Source of the DNA: Deinococcus sp.
Lineage (GTDB): Bacteria; Deinococcota; Deinococci; Deinococcales; Deinococcaceae
Length of the DNA: 64,000 nucleotides
Direction: 5' to 3'
Assembly (NCBI GenBank): GCA_965261005.1
Contig: OZ253375.1
Coordinates: 160,001-224,000 of the forward strand
Shown here: positions 1 through 9,151 of the stretch, piece by piece
How positions within the stretch are numbered: position 1 is the first letter of the stretch
Layout: each line of letters begins with the position of its first letter
Translations under genes and position numbers: made by a program
The notes under the pieces: model-generated
The model's database searches: none
What the model saw: the letters and a program-made list of their open reading frames with translations, nothing else
Told to the model about the DNA's origin: nothing

Positions 1-1
1 A

Positions 2-331
2 ATTGCCGGGCAGGCGGTATTGGGCAGGCACGTTCTCGCTGGCCGGGCTGCTGTACGGCGCCAGAACGCCCGCCGCCCGCGCCTTGCCCAGCAGGGTGTT
101 GTCGAGGCCGTACACCACGTCGGCGATGGGGGCGGCCCCCGTCAGGATCAGCTTGTTGAGCAGCGCGCCCGCGTCGCCGCCCTTGATAAAGCGCAGCTTG
201 GCGCCGTTTTCCCGCTCGAACTGGGCGATCAGCTTTTTGTCCAGATCGAAGGAATCGTGGGTGATGACCGTCAGATCGGCGGCGCGGGCAACGGTGCCCA
301 AGAGTAGGGCCAGAACGACATATCTCGACAT
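2..331 (-). CDS. thiB: Thiamine ABC transporter substrate-binding protein (5' part, runs off window)
   Basis: Not in ORF track. Read manually from ATG at 331: [63 protein letters not shown]...ADVVYGLDN. Signal peptide, ThiB-type motifs, directly below a TPP riboswitch. Confidence 0.85.
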   Translation of the reverse strand, partial: MSRYVVLALLLGTVARAADLTVITHDSFDLDKKLIAQFERENGAKLRFIKGGDAGALLNKLILTGAAPIADVVYGLDNTLLGKARAAGVLAPYSSPASENVPAQYRLPGN

Positions 332-334
332 AAA

Positions 335-364
335 AATCCCCCTTTGTGCGCCACAAAGGGGAGG
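335..364 (-). promoter_or_regulatory. Riboswitch expression-platform hairpin (terminator/SD sequestrator)
   Basis: Minus strand CCCCTTTGTG-gcg-CACAAAGGGG then ATTTTT-ATG. The stem covers the GGGGGA SD. Confidence 0.6.
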
Positions 365-389
365 TGAACAGACGCGCCTGGGCGCGGTC

Positions 390-469
390 ACGCTCCCTCC
401 GCCAGCATGAACTGGATCAGGTTCTTGGGGTCTCTCTCAGCCTTGAATCTCAAGGCACCCCCGGTGACG
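390..469 (-). ncRNA. TPP riboswitch
   Basis: Minus strand GGGGTGC..GGCTGAGA..ACCC..AACCTGATC..GTTCATGCTGGCGGAGGGAG matches the THI-box. -10 TATACT at 477-482. Confidence 0.92.
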
Positions 470-560
470 CGCCGGCAGTATAGCGCGGCGGCCGGGGACT
501 TCTGCCAAACTTCACGAATTCAAAAAGGCATTCCGCCCTTCATTTCTTGAGCGCCGACCA

Positions 561-701
561 CTAGAGCGTTTGTCAGAAGTGTTGAGTGCTCTTCTCAATA
601 CTTCCCGAGTGGAACGAGTAGCAAGGGGAGGGCGTTTGGCAATGGCATGGAGCGGTGGAGGCGAAGCTGGAAGCGCGCAATAGAATTGACAAATGCTCTA
701 G
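561..701. mobile_element. 141-bp MITE-like small repeat
   Basis: Terminal inverted repeats CTAGAGCGTTTGTCA (561-575) / TGACAAATGCTCTAG (687-701), 14/15 match, CTAG at both ends, no coding capacity. Confidence 0.7.
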
Positions 702-710
702 GCTGCCCTT

Positions 711-1976
711 ATGGATTCGGTGGTGGTGATCGGGGCGGGCTTGGCAGGTCTGACGGCGGCGCGCACGCTCTCCCTCGCGGGCGCGCGGGTGCGGGTGCTG
801 GAGGCGGGGCGCGAGCCAGGCGGGCGGGTGCGGACCCGCCGCGTGGGGGGCTTCACCCTCGACCTCGGCTTTCAAGTCCTGTTCACGGCCTATCCGGCGG
901 TGGGGCGCCACCTCGACTTGGGCGCCCTCGACCTCGTGCCCATTCCGCCCGGCGCCGTCATCCACCACGGGCCGCGCACCGACCTCGTGGGCGACCCGCT
1001 GCGCGACCCGGCCAGCCTGCCCTCCACCTTGGCGACCGGGGCGCTGACGTGGCGCGACAAGCTGCTGGTCGGTCGGTTGGCCGCCGCCCTCAAGCTGCCC
1101 GCCGCGCACAGCTTGCTGGACGGCCCGCCGCAAAGCACCCTCGACTACCTGCGCGAGTTCGGCTTTTCCGACAAAGCTATTCACAACTTCTTCGCGCCCT
1201 TTTTCGGCGGCATCTTCCTCAAGCGCGACCTCAGCCCCTCGGCGGGCGTCTTTCGCTACTACTTCCGCATGCTGGTGGACGGGCAGGTGGCTGTCCCCAG
1301 AAAGGGGATGGGCGAGATTCCACGGCAGCTGGCGCAGGGGCTCAACGTCATGACGGATGTGCGCGTGGAGCGGCTGGAGGCGAACGCCGTGGGCGTCACG
1401 CTCTCCACCAACGTCGGCCAGATTCGGGCGGGGCGGGTGATCGTGGCGGCGTCCCCACCCGAAATTCAGCGCTTGACTGGCGTCAATGTGCCGACCCAGC
1501 CGGTGTCCAGCAGCTATCTCTACTATGCGGCGGACGTGCCCCTCGATTCAGAACCCCGGCTGCTGCTGAACGCCGGGCGGGACACCCTCAACAACGCCAT
1601 CTGGGCCAGCAACGCGGTCCCGAGCCTCGCGCCGCGCGGCCAGCACCTGTTGACGGTCACGGTGCTGGGCGATCCGCGCCAAGACGACGCCCAGCTCGAC
1701 CACGCCGTTCGCGCCGAGCTGTCGCGTTGGTACGGGCCAGCCGAGGTGGGCAAGCTGCGTCTGCTGGCCCTGGACCGCATTCCCTTCGCCCAGTTCGCCC
1801 AGCCGCCGGGCTTCGAGGCGGGGTTGGCCGGGCACGCGACGCCGCTTGAGCACGTCCTGATCGCCTCCGAGGCGACCGGCCTGAGCAGCATTCAGGGCGC
1901 GATGGAGAGCGGCGAGAAGGCGGCGGCCATTCTGCTGGGCGACGTGGTGGGCATGAGCCGGCCGCGGGGGGCGTGA
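711..1976 (+). CDS. FAD-dependent oxidoreductase (amine oxidase/protoporphyrinogen oxidase-like)
   Basis: VIGAGLAGL Rossmann motif, GGRVRT, C-terminal SIQGAMESG. Confidence 0.85.
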   Translation: MDSVVVIGAGLAGLTAARTLSLAGARVRVLEAGREPGGRVRTRRVGGFTLDLGFQVLFTAYPAVGRHLDLGALDLVPIPPGAVIHHGPRTDLVGDPLRDPASLPSTLATGALTWRDKLLVGRLAAALKLPAAHSLLDGPPQSTLDYLREFGFSDKAIHNFFAPFFGGIFLKRDLSPSAGVFRYYFRMLVDGQVAVPRKGMGEIPRQLAQGLNVMTDVRVERLEANAVGVTLSTNVGQIRAGRVIVAASPPEIQRLTGVNVPTQPVSSSYLYYAADVPLDSEPRLLLNAGRDTLNNAIWASNAVPSLAPRGQHLLTVTVLGDPRQDDAQLDHAVRAELSRWYGPAEVGKLRLLALDRIPFAQFAQPPGFEAGLAGHATPLEHVLIASEATGLSSIQGAMESGEKAAAILLGDVVGMSRPRGA

Positions 1977-1983
1977 GGACGGG

Positions 1984-2577
1984 ATGCCCCCACCTTCTCA
2001 AGCTCAGCCGCCCAGGCCGCACACTCCCTTTCACCAAATTGACGAGCTGATCGAGCAAAACGCTCAGGTGAACGCCCTCTTACAGCAGCAGGCCGAGCGC
2101 AGTTTGACCGGCCTGCACCGCCCGCTGGAGCGGGTGGGCGCCGTGCTGGGCCGGCCCGCCTTTTTATTTTCGGCGCTGGGCTTCTTCGTGCTGTGGGTCG
2201 CCCTCAACCTCAGCCGCATCACGCGCGGCGTGACGCCCTGGGACGCGCCGCCCTTCTTTTGGCTGCAAGGCTTGATCGGCTTTCTGGCCCTGTTGGTTAC
2301 CACCATCGTGCTGGTGTCGCAGGCCCGTCAAGCGCAGGTCGTGGAGCAGCGCGCCCAGCTCTCCCTCCAAATCGCCCTGCTGACCGAGCAGCGCACCGCC
2401 AAGATCATCGAGCTGCTCGAAGAACTGCGGCGCGACCTCCCCGGCGTCCCCAACCGCTCCGACGAGGAGGCCGGCGCCCTCGCCGAGGCCAGCGACCCCT
2501 CGGCCATTCTGGGGGCGCTGAACACGTTGCAAGAAGGTGGGCAGGGCAGCTTGTCGCCGGAGAGGGAGGGAGCTTGA
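1984..2577 (+). CDS. DUF1003-like membrane protein
   Basis: Two TM segments, WDAPPFFWL motif, coiled C-terminus. Confidence 0.75.
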   Translation: MPPPSQAQPPRPHTPFHQIDELIEQNAQVNALLQQQAERSLTGLHRPLERVGAVLGRPAFLFSALGFFVLWVALNLSRITRGVTPWDAPPFFWLQGLIGFLALLVTTIVLVSQARQAQVVEQRAQLSLQIALLTEQRTAKIIELLEELRRDLPGVPNRSDEEAGALAEASDPSAILGALNTLQEGGQGSLSPEREGA

Positions 2578-2709
2578 CCTGAGTTCTGGCTCATCGTCCA
2601 GCCCCAGCTGGGTTTTCACTGAAAACCACCTGAGAATCCTCGCGACAGCCTATCGAGCACAACTTGCTCCATAGCTTGACGGCATTCGGTCATGGAGCTG
2701 AGCTTCGGC

Positions 2710-2857
2710 CAAAGCACCCCTTGATGTAGAAGGGGTGCTCAGGGGTGATGGTGACGGGTCCTGGTCCACTTGCAGGAAGGTGATCTGGGGGTCCTGGTTG
2801 ATGAACACCTGCTGGACCGGCTGGTACTCGTTCTGGCTTTTTTTCTCGTTGTATGCC
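2710..2857 (-). pseudogene. Degenerate Hint-domain remnant (end of toxin cassette array)
   Basis: Near-copy of the Hint DNA at 15460-15580: AYNEKKSQNEYQPVQQVFINQDPQITFLQVDQ, frameshift, VTITPEHPFYIK. Confidence 0.85.
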
Positions 2858-2918
2858 GGCGCGTTTTGGAAAGCTGCCCCGCTTTCTGCCCAACGTCGGG
2901 CGGATCAAGCGTTTGTAC

Positions 2919-2956
2919 TGCGTCTCCTGCGCTTCTTGCGTCTCCTGAGTTAGAGT
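2919..2956 (+). promoter_or_regulatory. 9-bp direct repeats plus -10 box of leaderless TA promoter
   Basis: TGCGTCTCC TGCGCTTCT TGCGTCTCC TGAGT followed by TAGAGT-N6-ATG(2963). Confidence 0.55.
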
Positions 2957-2962
2957 GAGGCC

Positions 2963-3394
2963 ATGAGGGACCTTGAGCGCGAACAGACTGCCCTGCTCAC
3001 CGTGCAGCAGGCCGCCAAGCTGCTGCACGTCAGCGACGACACCGTGCGGCGTCAGATCAAGGAGGGCGACCTGGAAGCCGTGCGCGTGCGGACCACGCCG
3101 ACGGGTCGGGCGCAATACCGTATTCCCAGCGCCGCCATTCGGCGCATCCTGGGGAGCAGCGTTCTGCAACGGCAAGAAGATGATCCCTTCGAGCCGTTGC
3201 GGGCCGCCTTCGCTCACCTGACCGACGAGGAGCGCGAAGACCTGATTGACCAGGCCGTGCGGTGGGCCAGAGCACGCCGACCGATTGACATGGATGAGCG
3301 TGTCCTGGCCCTCTCCGATGACGAGTTGCGCGAACGCTTCGCAAACAACCGCTTGAACCAGTTGGCGCGTGAGGTGCGTCTGGACAAGCGTTGA
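2963..3394 (+). CDS. Excisionase-like (HTH_17) DNA-binding protein, putative antitoxin
   Basis: LLTVQQAAKLLHVSDDTVRRQIKEGDLEA..YRIP. Overlaps the PIN gene. Confidence 0.75.
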   Translation: MRDLEREQTALLTVQQAAKLLHVSDDTVRRQIKEGDLEAVRVRTTPTGRAQYRIPSAAIRRILGSSVLQRQEDDPFEPLRAAFAHLTDEEREDLIDQAVRWARARRPIDMDERVLALSDDELRERFANNRLNQLAREVRLDKR

Positions 3395-3828
3395 AAACGT
3401 GGCGCCTCATCCCCGACGTGAACGTGCTGCTGAGTAGCCTGACCAGTCGGCGGGGGCCATCCTTCGATCTGCTGCAAGCCGCGCGGCGCTTCGATGTGGT
3501 GTTGGTGCTGGCGGAAATCCACTTCATCGAGCTGGCCGAGGTGCTGACCTACCCGCAGGTTCTGGCACTGGGTGGACATGCCCTCACGCCGTCGCGAGCA
3601 TTCTGGGCCGCGTTCGAGCTGCGGCGCATCGGGGAGTATGTGGAGCAAGTGCCCCGCTTGGACTGGCCGTCGTGCCCCGACCGGGAGGACTGGTACTTGC
3701 TCGACCTGCTGACGGCGACGGACGCAGACGGCCTCGTGACCAAGGACAAGCACCTGCTGCGGCTGCACGGCCAGCTGGGTTTGCCGGTGTACGAGCCGAG
3801 AGAGCTGGTGCGGCTGAGCATTCTTTAA
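3391..3828 (+). CDS. PIN-domain toxin
   Basis: IPDVNVLLS, CPDREDWYLL, LVTKDKHLL PIN motifs. Confidence 0.8.
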   Translation: MKTWRLIPDVNVLLSSLTSRRGPSFDLLQAARRFDVVLVLAEIHFIELAEVLTYPQVLALGGHALTPSRAFWAAFELRRIGEYVEQVPRLDWPSCPDREDWYLLDLLTATDADGLVTKDKHLLRLHGQLGLPVYEPRELVRLSIL

Positions 3829-3885
3829 GCGCGGTGTGTTAGTGGTTTTGTCTCGGTGAAAGCGGCAGTGATCGTCAATGAACTG

Positions 3886-3917
3886 AAAAATCCTCCCCAT
3901 TGATCAGAGGGGAGGAG
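3886..3917 (-). terminator. Rho-independent terminator after immunity gene
   Basis: Minus strand TCCTCCCC-loop-GGGGAGGA-TTTTT. Confidence 0.6.
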
Positions 3918-3940
3918 GAATGTATTGCTGTGAGTCTACT

Positions 3941-4144
3941 CTATCCGTTACCTTGTAGCGCCTTGCTTACAGCGGCCTGCCAATCGTGCTTTGCGGCTGG
4001 ATCAAAAGGTTCGTCATTTTCATTCAACTGTAGGTCGCCTAGAAGAGCACCAATGTCATCAGCTTTCGTGCGTTCGTAGTAGTCTTCAAGAAAGGTGAAC
4101 ATCGCTATGTAAGCTTCGTGTATAGAAATCTTCTGATCTTCCAT
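3941..4144 (-). CDS. Putative immunity protein (67 aa)
   Basis: Small, acidic, low GC, starts 7 nt after a toxin-tip fragment. Confidence 0.7.
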   Translation of the reverse strand: MEDQKISIHEAYIAMFTFLEDYYERTKADDIGALLGDLQLNENDEPFDPAAKHDWQAAVSKALQGNG

Positions 4145-4151
4145 GTATTCT

Positions 4152-4400
4152 CTACCTTCGCTTGGGAGGCGTGGGTGCTTGTAAGCCTGTCTGAGGATTA
4201 TAGGGTTTAGGTACAGAATCTACGCCATCATTGATTATTTGACCGTTTCGTGTCTTTACCCAGACTTGGCTTCCGTCTGAACGGGTTTGAGCATACCAAT
4301 CGTTTCCATATCTGTCTTTGCCGACGAAGTTGCTTCCATCATGCGTGGCATCTTGGATTAGTCTACGGTTGACAGGAGTATCCAACACATGTCCGTCAGC
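4152..4400 (-). pseudogene. Orphan toxin C-terminal tip truncated by IS
   Basis: Low-GC segment ADGHVLDTPVNRRLIQD..GKDRYGNDWYAQTRSDGSQVWVKTRNGQIINDG..PYNPQTGL, cut off at the IS inverted repeat at 4401. Confidence 0.7.
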
Positions 4401-4471
4401 CCTCAGTACCCGACAGGTAGGGTCGGTGGCATCTGAAGGGCCGGGAAGAGCAGGGCCAGACAAGACCTTGC

Positions 4472-5969
4472 GTATCTGATTAGCGGGGTAGCGCGGAGGC
4501 GGGAAGGGGGGTAAGGTCGTGGGCATGAGCGGCGAGGCGACACCCAGCGTCACAGAACTCCTTGAGCTGGTGCGGACCCTCACGGCCAGGATCGAACGTC
4601 TGGAAGCCGAGAATCAGCAACTCCGCGAAGAGAACGTGCGGTTGCGCGAAGAGAACACCCGCCTGAACAAGCGCATCGGTGATCTGGAGCGCCGTCAGAA
4701 GAAGACGGTGGCGCCCTTTGGCCGCGACACCCCCAAGGCCGACCCCCAGCCCAGCGGTCGCCGCGCCGGGCAAGGAACGTTCAGCTACCGCGCCCCACCA
4801 CAAGCGGGCGACATCACGCGCGTGATCGAGGTGCCGCTGCCCACGACCTGCCCCTGTGGTGGTGCATTAGAAGCGCAACACCGCGACCTCGCCAGCTTGA
4901 CCGACTTGCCCGAACGGCGTCCGCGCGTGACGGCCTACCACCTTGCTGTAGGGCAGTGTCGGCGGTGCGGTCGTCGCGTGCGCGCGTCTCACCCAGACGT
5001 GAGGGCTGATCAGCGGGGCGCGACTGCCCACCGGCTCGGTCCTGAAGTGCTCAGCTTGGCGCACAGCTTGCACTACGATCTCGGGGTGCCGGTGCGCAAG
5101 GTGCCGGAGGTCGTGCGCCTAGCAACAGGCTTGATCGTGACGCAGGGCGCTCTGACGCAGGACGCGCTCAGACAGAGTGCTGCCGGAGGCGAACTCCACA
5201 CGCAGTACCGGCAGTTGCGTGACGACGTGCAACGGCAGCCCTTTGTCCATCAGGACGACACCGGCTGGCGGGTGCATGGCAAGCAAGCCTGGCTCCAGGT
5301 GTTCCGCACGCCCGTGTCAGCGATATACCAGATCAGGTCGCGGCACACGCACGCCGAGGTGCAGGAACTGGTGCCGAAGGACTACGCGGGCGTGCTATGC
5401 GTGGATCGCTTCAGCAGCTATGACCACGCCAGCTTCACAGAGGTGGCGCAGCAGAAATGTCTCCACCATGTGGTCCGCTCGTGTGAGGCGGCACTTGAAA
5501 ACCAGCAGGGCAAACGGGGGCGGGGGCGGGACTTCGCGCGCGCGTTGCTCGAAGACTTGCGGGCGGCCTTGACGCTGCACGCCCACTTCCATGCGGGAAA
5601 CTGCACCTTGGAGGCGTACCAACGGCAAGGCCGCTGGCTGACGAGTCGCCTTGAGAAGCGCCTGTTCGCGCCGTGCCGCTCGCGGGAAAACAAGCGACTG
5701 GTGCAGGGGATACGCAAGCACCACGAACGGGGGAATCTGCTGCGCTTCCTTCACAACCCTGAAATCGCGCCGACGAACAACGCGGCCGAGCGGGCTTTGC
5801 GCCCGGCGGTGATCGCGCGCAAGGTCTCGCAGTGCAGCAAGACGACCGGGGACAGTGACGCCTTCGCCATCTTCAAGTCGCTCACCCAGACCGCGCGCCT
5901 GGCCGGTCTCGATCCCTTCCAAACCCTGCTCGATCACCGCCAGCAGCAGAACACCCGCTAATCACATAC
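4472..5969 (+). mobile_element. IS66-family element (single-ORF type)
   Basis: IRs GTATCTGATTAGCGGG / CCCGCTAATCACATAC (15/16). 8-bp target duplication GACCTTGC / GACCTGGC (7/8). Confidence 0.88.
4519..5961 (+). CDS. IS66 transposase
   Basis: Coiled coil, CPCGG/CRRCG Zn finger, HQDDTGW, CVDRF, QKCLHH, PTNNAAERALR. Confidence 0.92.
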   Translation: MGMSGEATPSVTELLELVRTLTARIERLEAENQQLREENVRLREENTRLNKRIGDLERRQKKTVAPFGRDTPKADPQPSGRRAGQGTFSYRAPPQAGDITRVIEVPLPTTCPCGGALEAQHRDLASLTDLPERRPRVTAYHLAVGQCRRCGRRVRASHPDVRADQRGATAHRLGPEVLSLAHSLHYDLGVPVRKVPEVVRLATGLIVTQGALTQDALRQSAAGGELHTQYRQLRDDVQRQPFVHQDDTGWRVHGKQAWLQVFRTPVSAIYQIRSRHTHAEVQELVPKDYAGVLCVDRFSSYDHASFTEVAQQKCLHHVVRSCEAALENQQGKRGRGRDFARALLEDLRAALTLHAHFHAGNCTLEAYQRQGRWLTSRLEKRLFAPCRSRENKRLVQGIRKHHERGNLLRFLHNPEIAPTNNAAERALRPAVIARKVSQCSKTTGDSDAFAIFKSLTQTARLAGLDPFQTLLDHRQQQNTR

Positions 5970-7000
5970 GACCTGGCGCGCTCAAGGTTCCACTTGAGGG
6001 CGTCCACAAGCAGATCGAGGCCGGTCAGGAAGGTGCTCTTGGCTTTGCGCCCGTGCGTTTTGAGCCGTACGGGCGCCTCTTGTTCCCGCACCAGACCGAC
6101 CAGCAGCGCCCAGACGAAGGCGACCGTGAGCAAGCTGACCAGCGTTTCGATGCGGGCAGGGTCGGTCATGTGGGTCGCCTCCAGATTGAGGCCGCGCAGC
6201 TTGTAGGCGCCGAAGGTGCATTCGATGGACCAGCGCGACCGGTAGCGCTCACAGGTGTCGAACAGCGAGAGGTCCGAAGCGATCACAACGCGCTCGCCCT
6301 CGCTAGACAGCGTGGCAACCACCTGCATCTCAGCGCCGTAGACCACCTCTTTGTCGAGCAGGCCGCGCACCTCGCCGGGCGTCAGGTGTGCAAAGGCGTC
6401 TCGAACCGCGATGTCATCGAGCAGGGTGTCCTCACGAATGCGGATGCAGCGCTTGAGCCGTCGTTGTTCCAGGGCCGCGAACCAGTCTTTGCCCACGAAC
6501 TCACGGTCGGCCAGCAGCACCGCAATGCGCTGTGCGGGAATGACGCTCAGCAGCCGGTCGAGCAGCGCGATGCGCGCGGCAGTCGAACTGGCGCCGCCGT
6601 GGTCCAGCACGTCCCACACCAAGGGGAGAGCGTAGCCAGCAAACACCGCCCCAATCACCAAGATGTTGTGATCATATTGCCCATAGCGCCAGTTGGTGCG
6701 GTCCATCGCGAGCGTCAACTTGCCGCTCCCCAACAGCGGCAGGATCAGTTGGGCGGCCTCGTGCTGAGTGAAGGTCTCTGCGGCGAAGAAGCGGGCGACG
6801 CGACGTTCTTTGCTTTCGGGTCGGGCGTCACCCGGCAAGTGCTGAGCGAGTTTGCGGTGAGTGACGTGCTGGGCGTGGACGGTAGCGAGCAACATATCGG
6901 CGAGACGAGCGCGCTGGTCAGAGCGGCGTCCGGGCAGGTGTTGCGCCACGAGCGCGCGCAGGGTAGCGTCAGCAGTGCCGGGGAGCTGGGTCTTCATCAA
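5970..7000 (-). pseudogene. IS4-family transposase, interrupted
   Basis: LAMDRTNW, LLADREFVG, YRSRWSIECTF (YREK-like). C-terminus displaced by IS66. Confidence 0.85.
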
Positions 7001-7073
7001 CCACAGTTTGTCCCGGCACTGCTGTCTCTTCCTCGCCTACACGACCTTTAGACCTTCCTGTCGGGTACTGAGG

Positions 7074-7875
7074 AACGCCGAGCAGCATCTCAGGCAGCCG
7101 TTCCAAATCACGTCCCAGCCGTCTGAAGCGTGACAGCCACGCAAAGCTCCGTTCCACCACCCAGCGCTTCGGTAGCAACACAAACCCTTTGGTCGCTTCT
7201 GGCCGTTTGACCACGATCAGCTCCACCCCCCCGTCCGCCGCGTCCTGCGCCGTCTCTCGTCCGGTGTACCCTTGATCGGCAAAGGCCACCTCCACCTTCA
7301 CCCCCGTCACCTCCTGTACCTGCACACACAGCTCGTGGACTTGGGCACGGTCTTGCTCGTTCGCCGGCGTGCTCATCAAGGTCAAGAGATGGCCGAGGGT
7401 GTCCACGACGATGTGCACCTTGGTCCCTTTGCGCTTCTTGCCACCGTCGTAGCCGGCTCTGCTCCCACTTTCCGGTGTGCTTTGCAGGGTCCGGCTATCG
7501 AGGATCACCGCCGTTGGCTCCTCGCCTCGGGCGTGCTGGAGACGGGAGAAGATGCGCAGGTCGTGCAGCATGTTCTCGAAGCAGCCTGCCTCGAACCACC
7601 GTTGGGCTTGCTGCCGAACCGTTTCGCCGGGGGGCAGATCATGGGGGAGGTAGCGCCACTGAACGCCGGTACGGACGACGTAGAACAGCGCGTTCAGGAC
7701 GTCGCGCAGCGTGTACGTCCGTTGGGGGGCGTCTTCGGGGGACAGCAGCAGGTAAGGCAGCATGAAGTGGTAGGTCTCGTCGTCGAGGTCAGAGGGGTAG
7801 GCGCGCCGGCTCATCCCTCATTCTGCTTCACACAGAGCCGATCTCCCGTACTTCAAATGCCTGCTTGGCACCCTC
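7074..7875 (-). mobile_element. IS5-family element, 3'-truncated (transposase from 7814)
   Basis: Homologous to 14279-15154. One IR CTTGGCACCCTC+TA at 7864-7877. Other end replaced by the IS4 IR. Confidence 0.88.
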
Positions 7876-7993
7876 TAGGGCGCGTTTCGCCATCTATTGA
7901 TAGCGGCGTAACTCGACAACAACTTCCTTTCTACCCAGCAGGGCTTTCAAAACCTTGCGGGACCCGAATGGCCGTTGTAAACTTAGCCCGCTA

Positions 7994-8464
7994 TCAATAA
8001 GCGAATTCTTCTTCAAGAATACTTGTATCTACTCCCCAAATTTCAATGTCTATTTCACTACCTTCTTGATCGATTAGAAGCCCCAAAGATTTATCAGATG
8101 TAGAAATTATCACGAGTTCGTATTTTAATAATGATCTTAAACTATTACAAACTAATTCCGAAGTAGTTTTGATAAATCCAGTATCATCAGAGAATGGCAA
8201 AATCAGGAAGACTAGTTGGTCATTAAACCATGTTTCACAACTAGCTTCAAGCTGGTCAAGTGCTTTAACCACTCGCTCCCCCGAAAAGTTTCTATGGAAT
8301 ATCATACTGTCCGACTTAACAAGTTTTCGATATCCATCTAGTTCGTCGAGTGTGGAAAAGGAGTAACTCCCGGCCTCCCAGTTTAGTAGAGCTTTTAATT
8401 CACTCCCTCGTCTATACCGATTAGACTCAGCGATTTTTTCTTGCAATTTGGTTCTCACAGGCAT
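7994..8464 (-). CDS. Putative immunity protein (156 aa)
   Basis: AT-rich, overlaps the stop of the upstream toxin tip. Confidence 0.75.
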   Translation of the reverse strand: MPVRTKLQEKIAESNRYRRGSELKALLNWEAGSYSFSTLDELDGYRKLVKSDSMIFHRNFSGERVVKALDQLEASCETWFNDQLVFLILPFSDDTGFIKTTSELVCNSLRSLLKYELVIISTSDKSLGLLIDQEGSEIDIEIWGVDTSILEEEFAY

Positions 8465-9151
8465 CCAAACTCTACTCTGATCTTGGGCCGCCCATCGGGG
8501 AGTTCGTTGTAGTACTTAGGAGCACCGCTCTTACCAATACGAACGTTGCCGTTATCGTCTAACTTCGCTGACCCGACTTCCCAGTGAGGACCGTGCAGCG
8601 CATCATCTTGAAAATTTACTATCATTTTTTGAATTCCCCCTCCCCTTTTTGGTACGTGGTATTCATAGGCCAAGCCCTCTGCTGTCTTGAAGGTTTTAAA
8701 AGGCTGACTACTTGTCGGAATGCCAGCTTCCCTCATAGCTTGTCTTCGAGCAGCATTTGAGCCATCTGCATTGTGAACCAACCAGCCCTGCGTCCCGACG
8801 AAGAAGGTGTGCGCCTCCCTGACCTCCAAGTTGTACATGGTCCTGGTCTGCGTGACGGTGTTGACGTACTTCACGACCCCGAAGCCGCCATCCGCCTTCT
8901 GTATCTTATCCCCGACCTTGAGATGCCCCGCCCCGATCCAATGGTCGTTCAGGTCCTCGTGACCGATGGGTTTCGGTCTGGCTTCGGTGTCTGAGCGCTC
9001 TTTGACGTAGAAGGGGTGCTCGGGTGTCGTCGTAACGAGTTCCTGGTCCACTTGCAGGAAGGTGATCTGGGGGTCTTGGTTGATGAAGACCTGTTGGATC
9101 GGTTGGTACTCGTTCTGCCCCTTCTGCTCGTTGTAGGCCAGCACGTCTTGA
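8455..9151 (-). pseudogene. Orphan Hint (N-truncated) + nuclease-like toxin tip
   Basis: Hint 9151-8770 ending LVHN|A. Tip AARRQAMREAGIPTSSQP..HGPHWEVG resembles the HNH/EndoVII-type tip at 12725. 5' end cut by IS. Confidence 0.8.

Larger units (their letters stand above)
4401..7073 (-). mobile_element. IS4-family element interrupted by IS66
   Basis: Perfect 17-bp IRs CCTCAGTACCCGACAGG (4401-4417) / CCTGTCGGGTACTGAGG (7057-7073). DDE transposase 7000-5970 continues in frame at 4471-4403 (ARSCLALLFP..PVGY*). Confidence 0.85.

Noticed and set aside
4401..4583. N-terminal part of the 143-aa ORF 4152-4583
   Set aside because: Derived from IS4 and IS66 ends, not toxin sequence.
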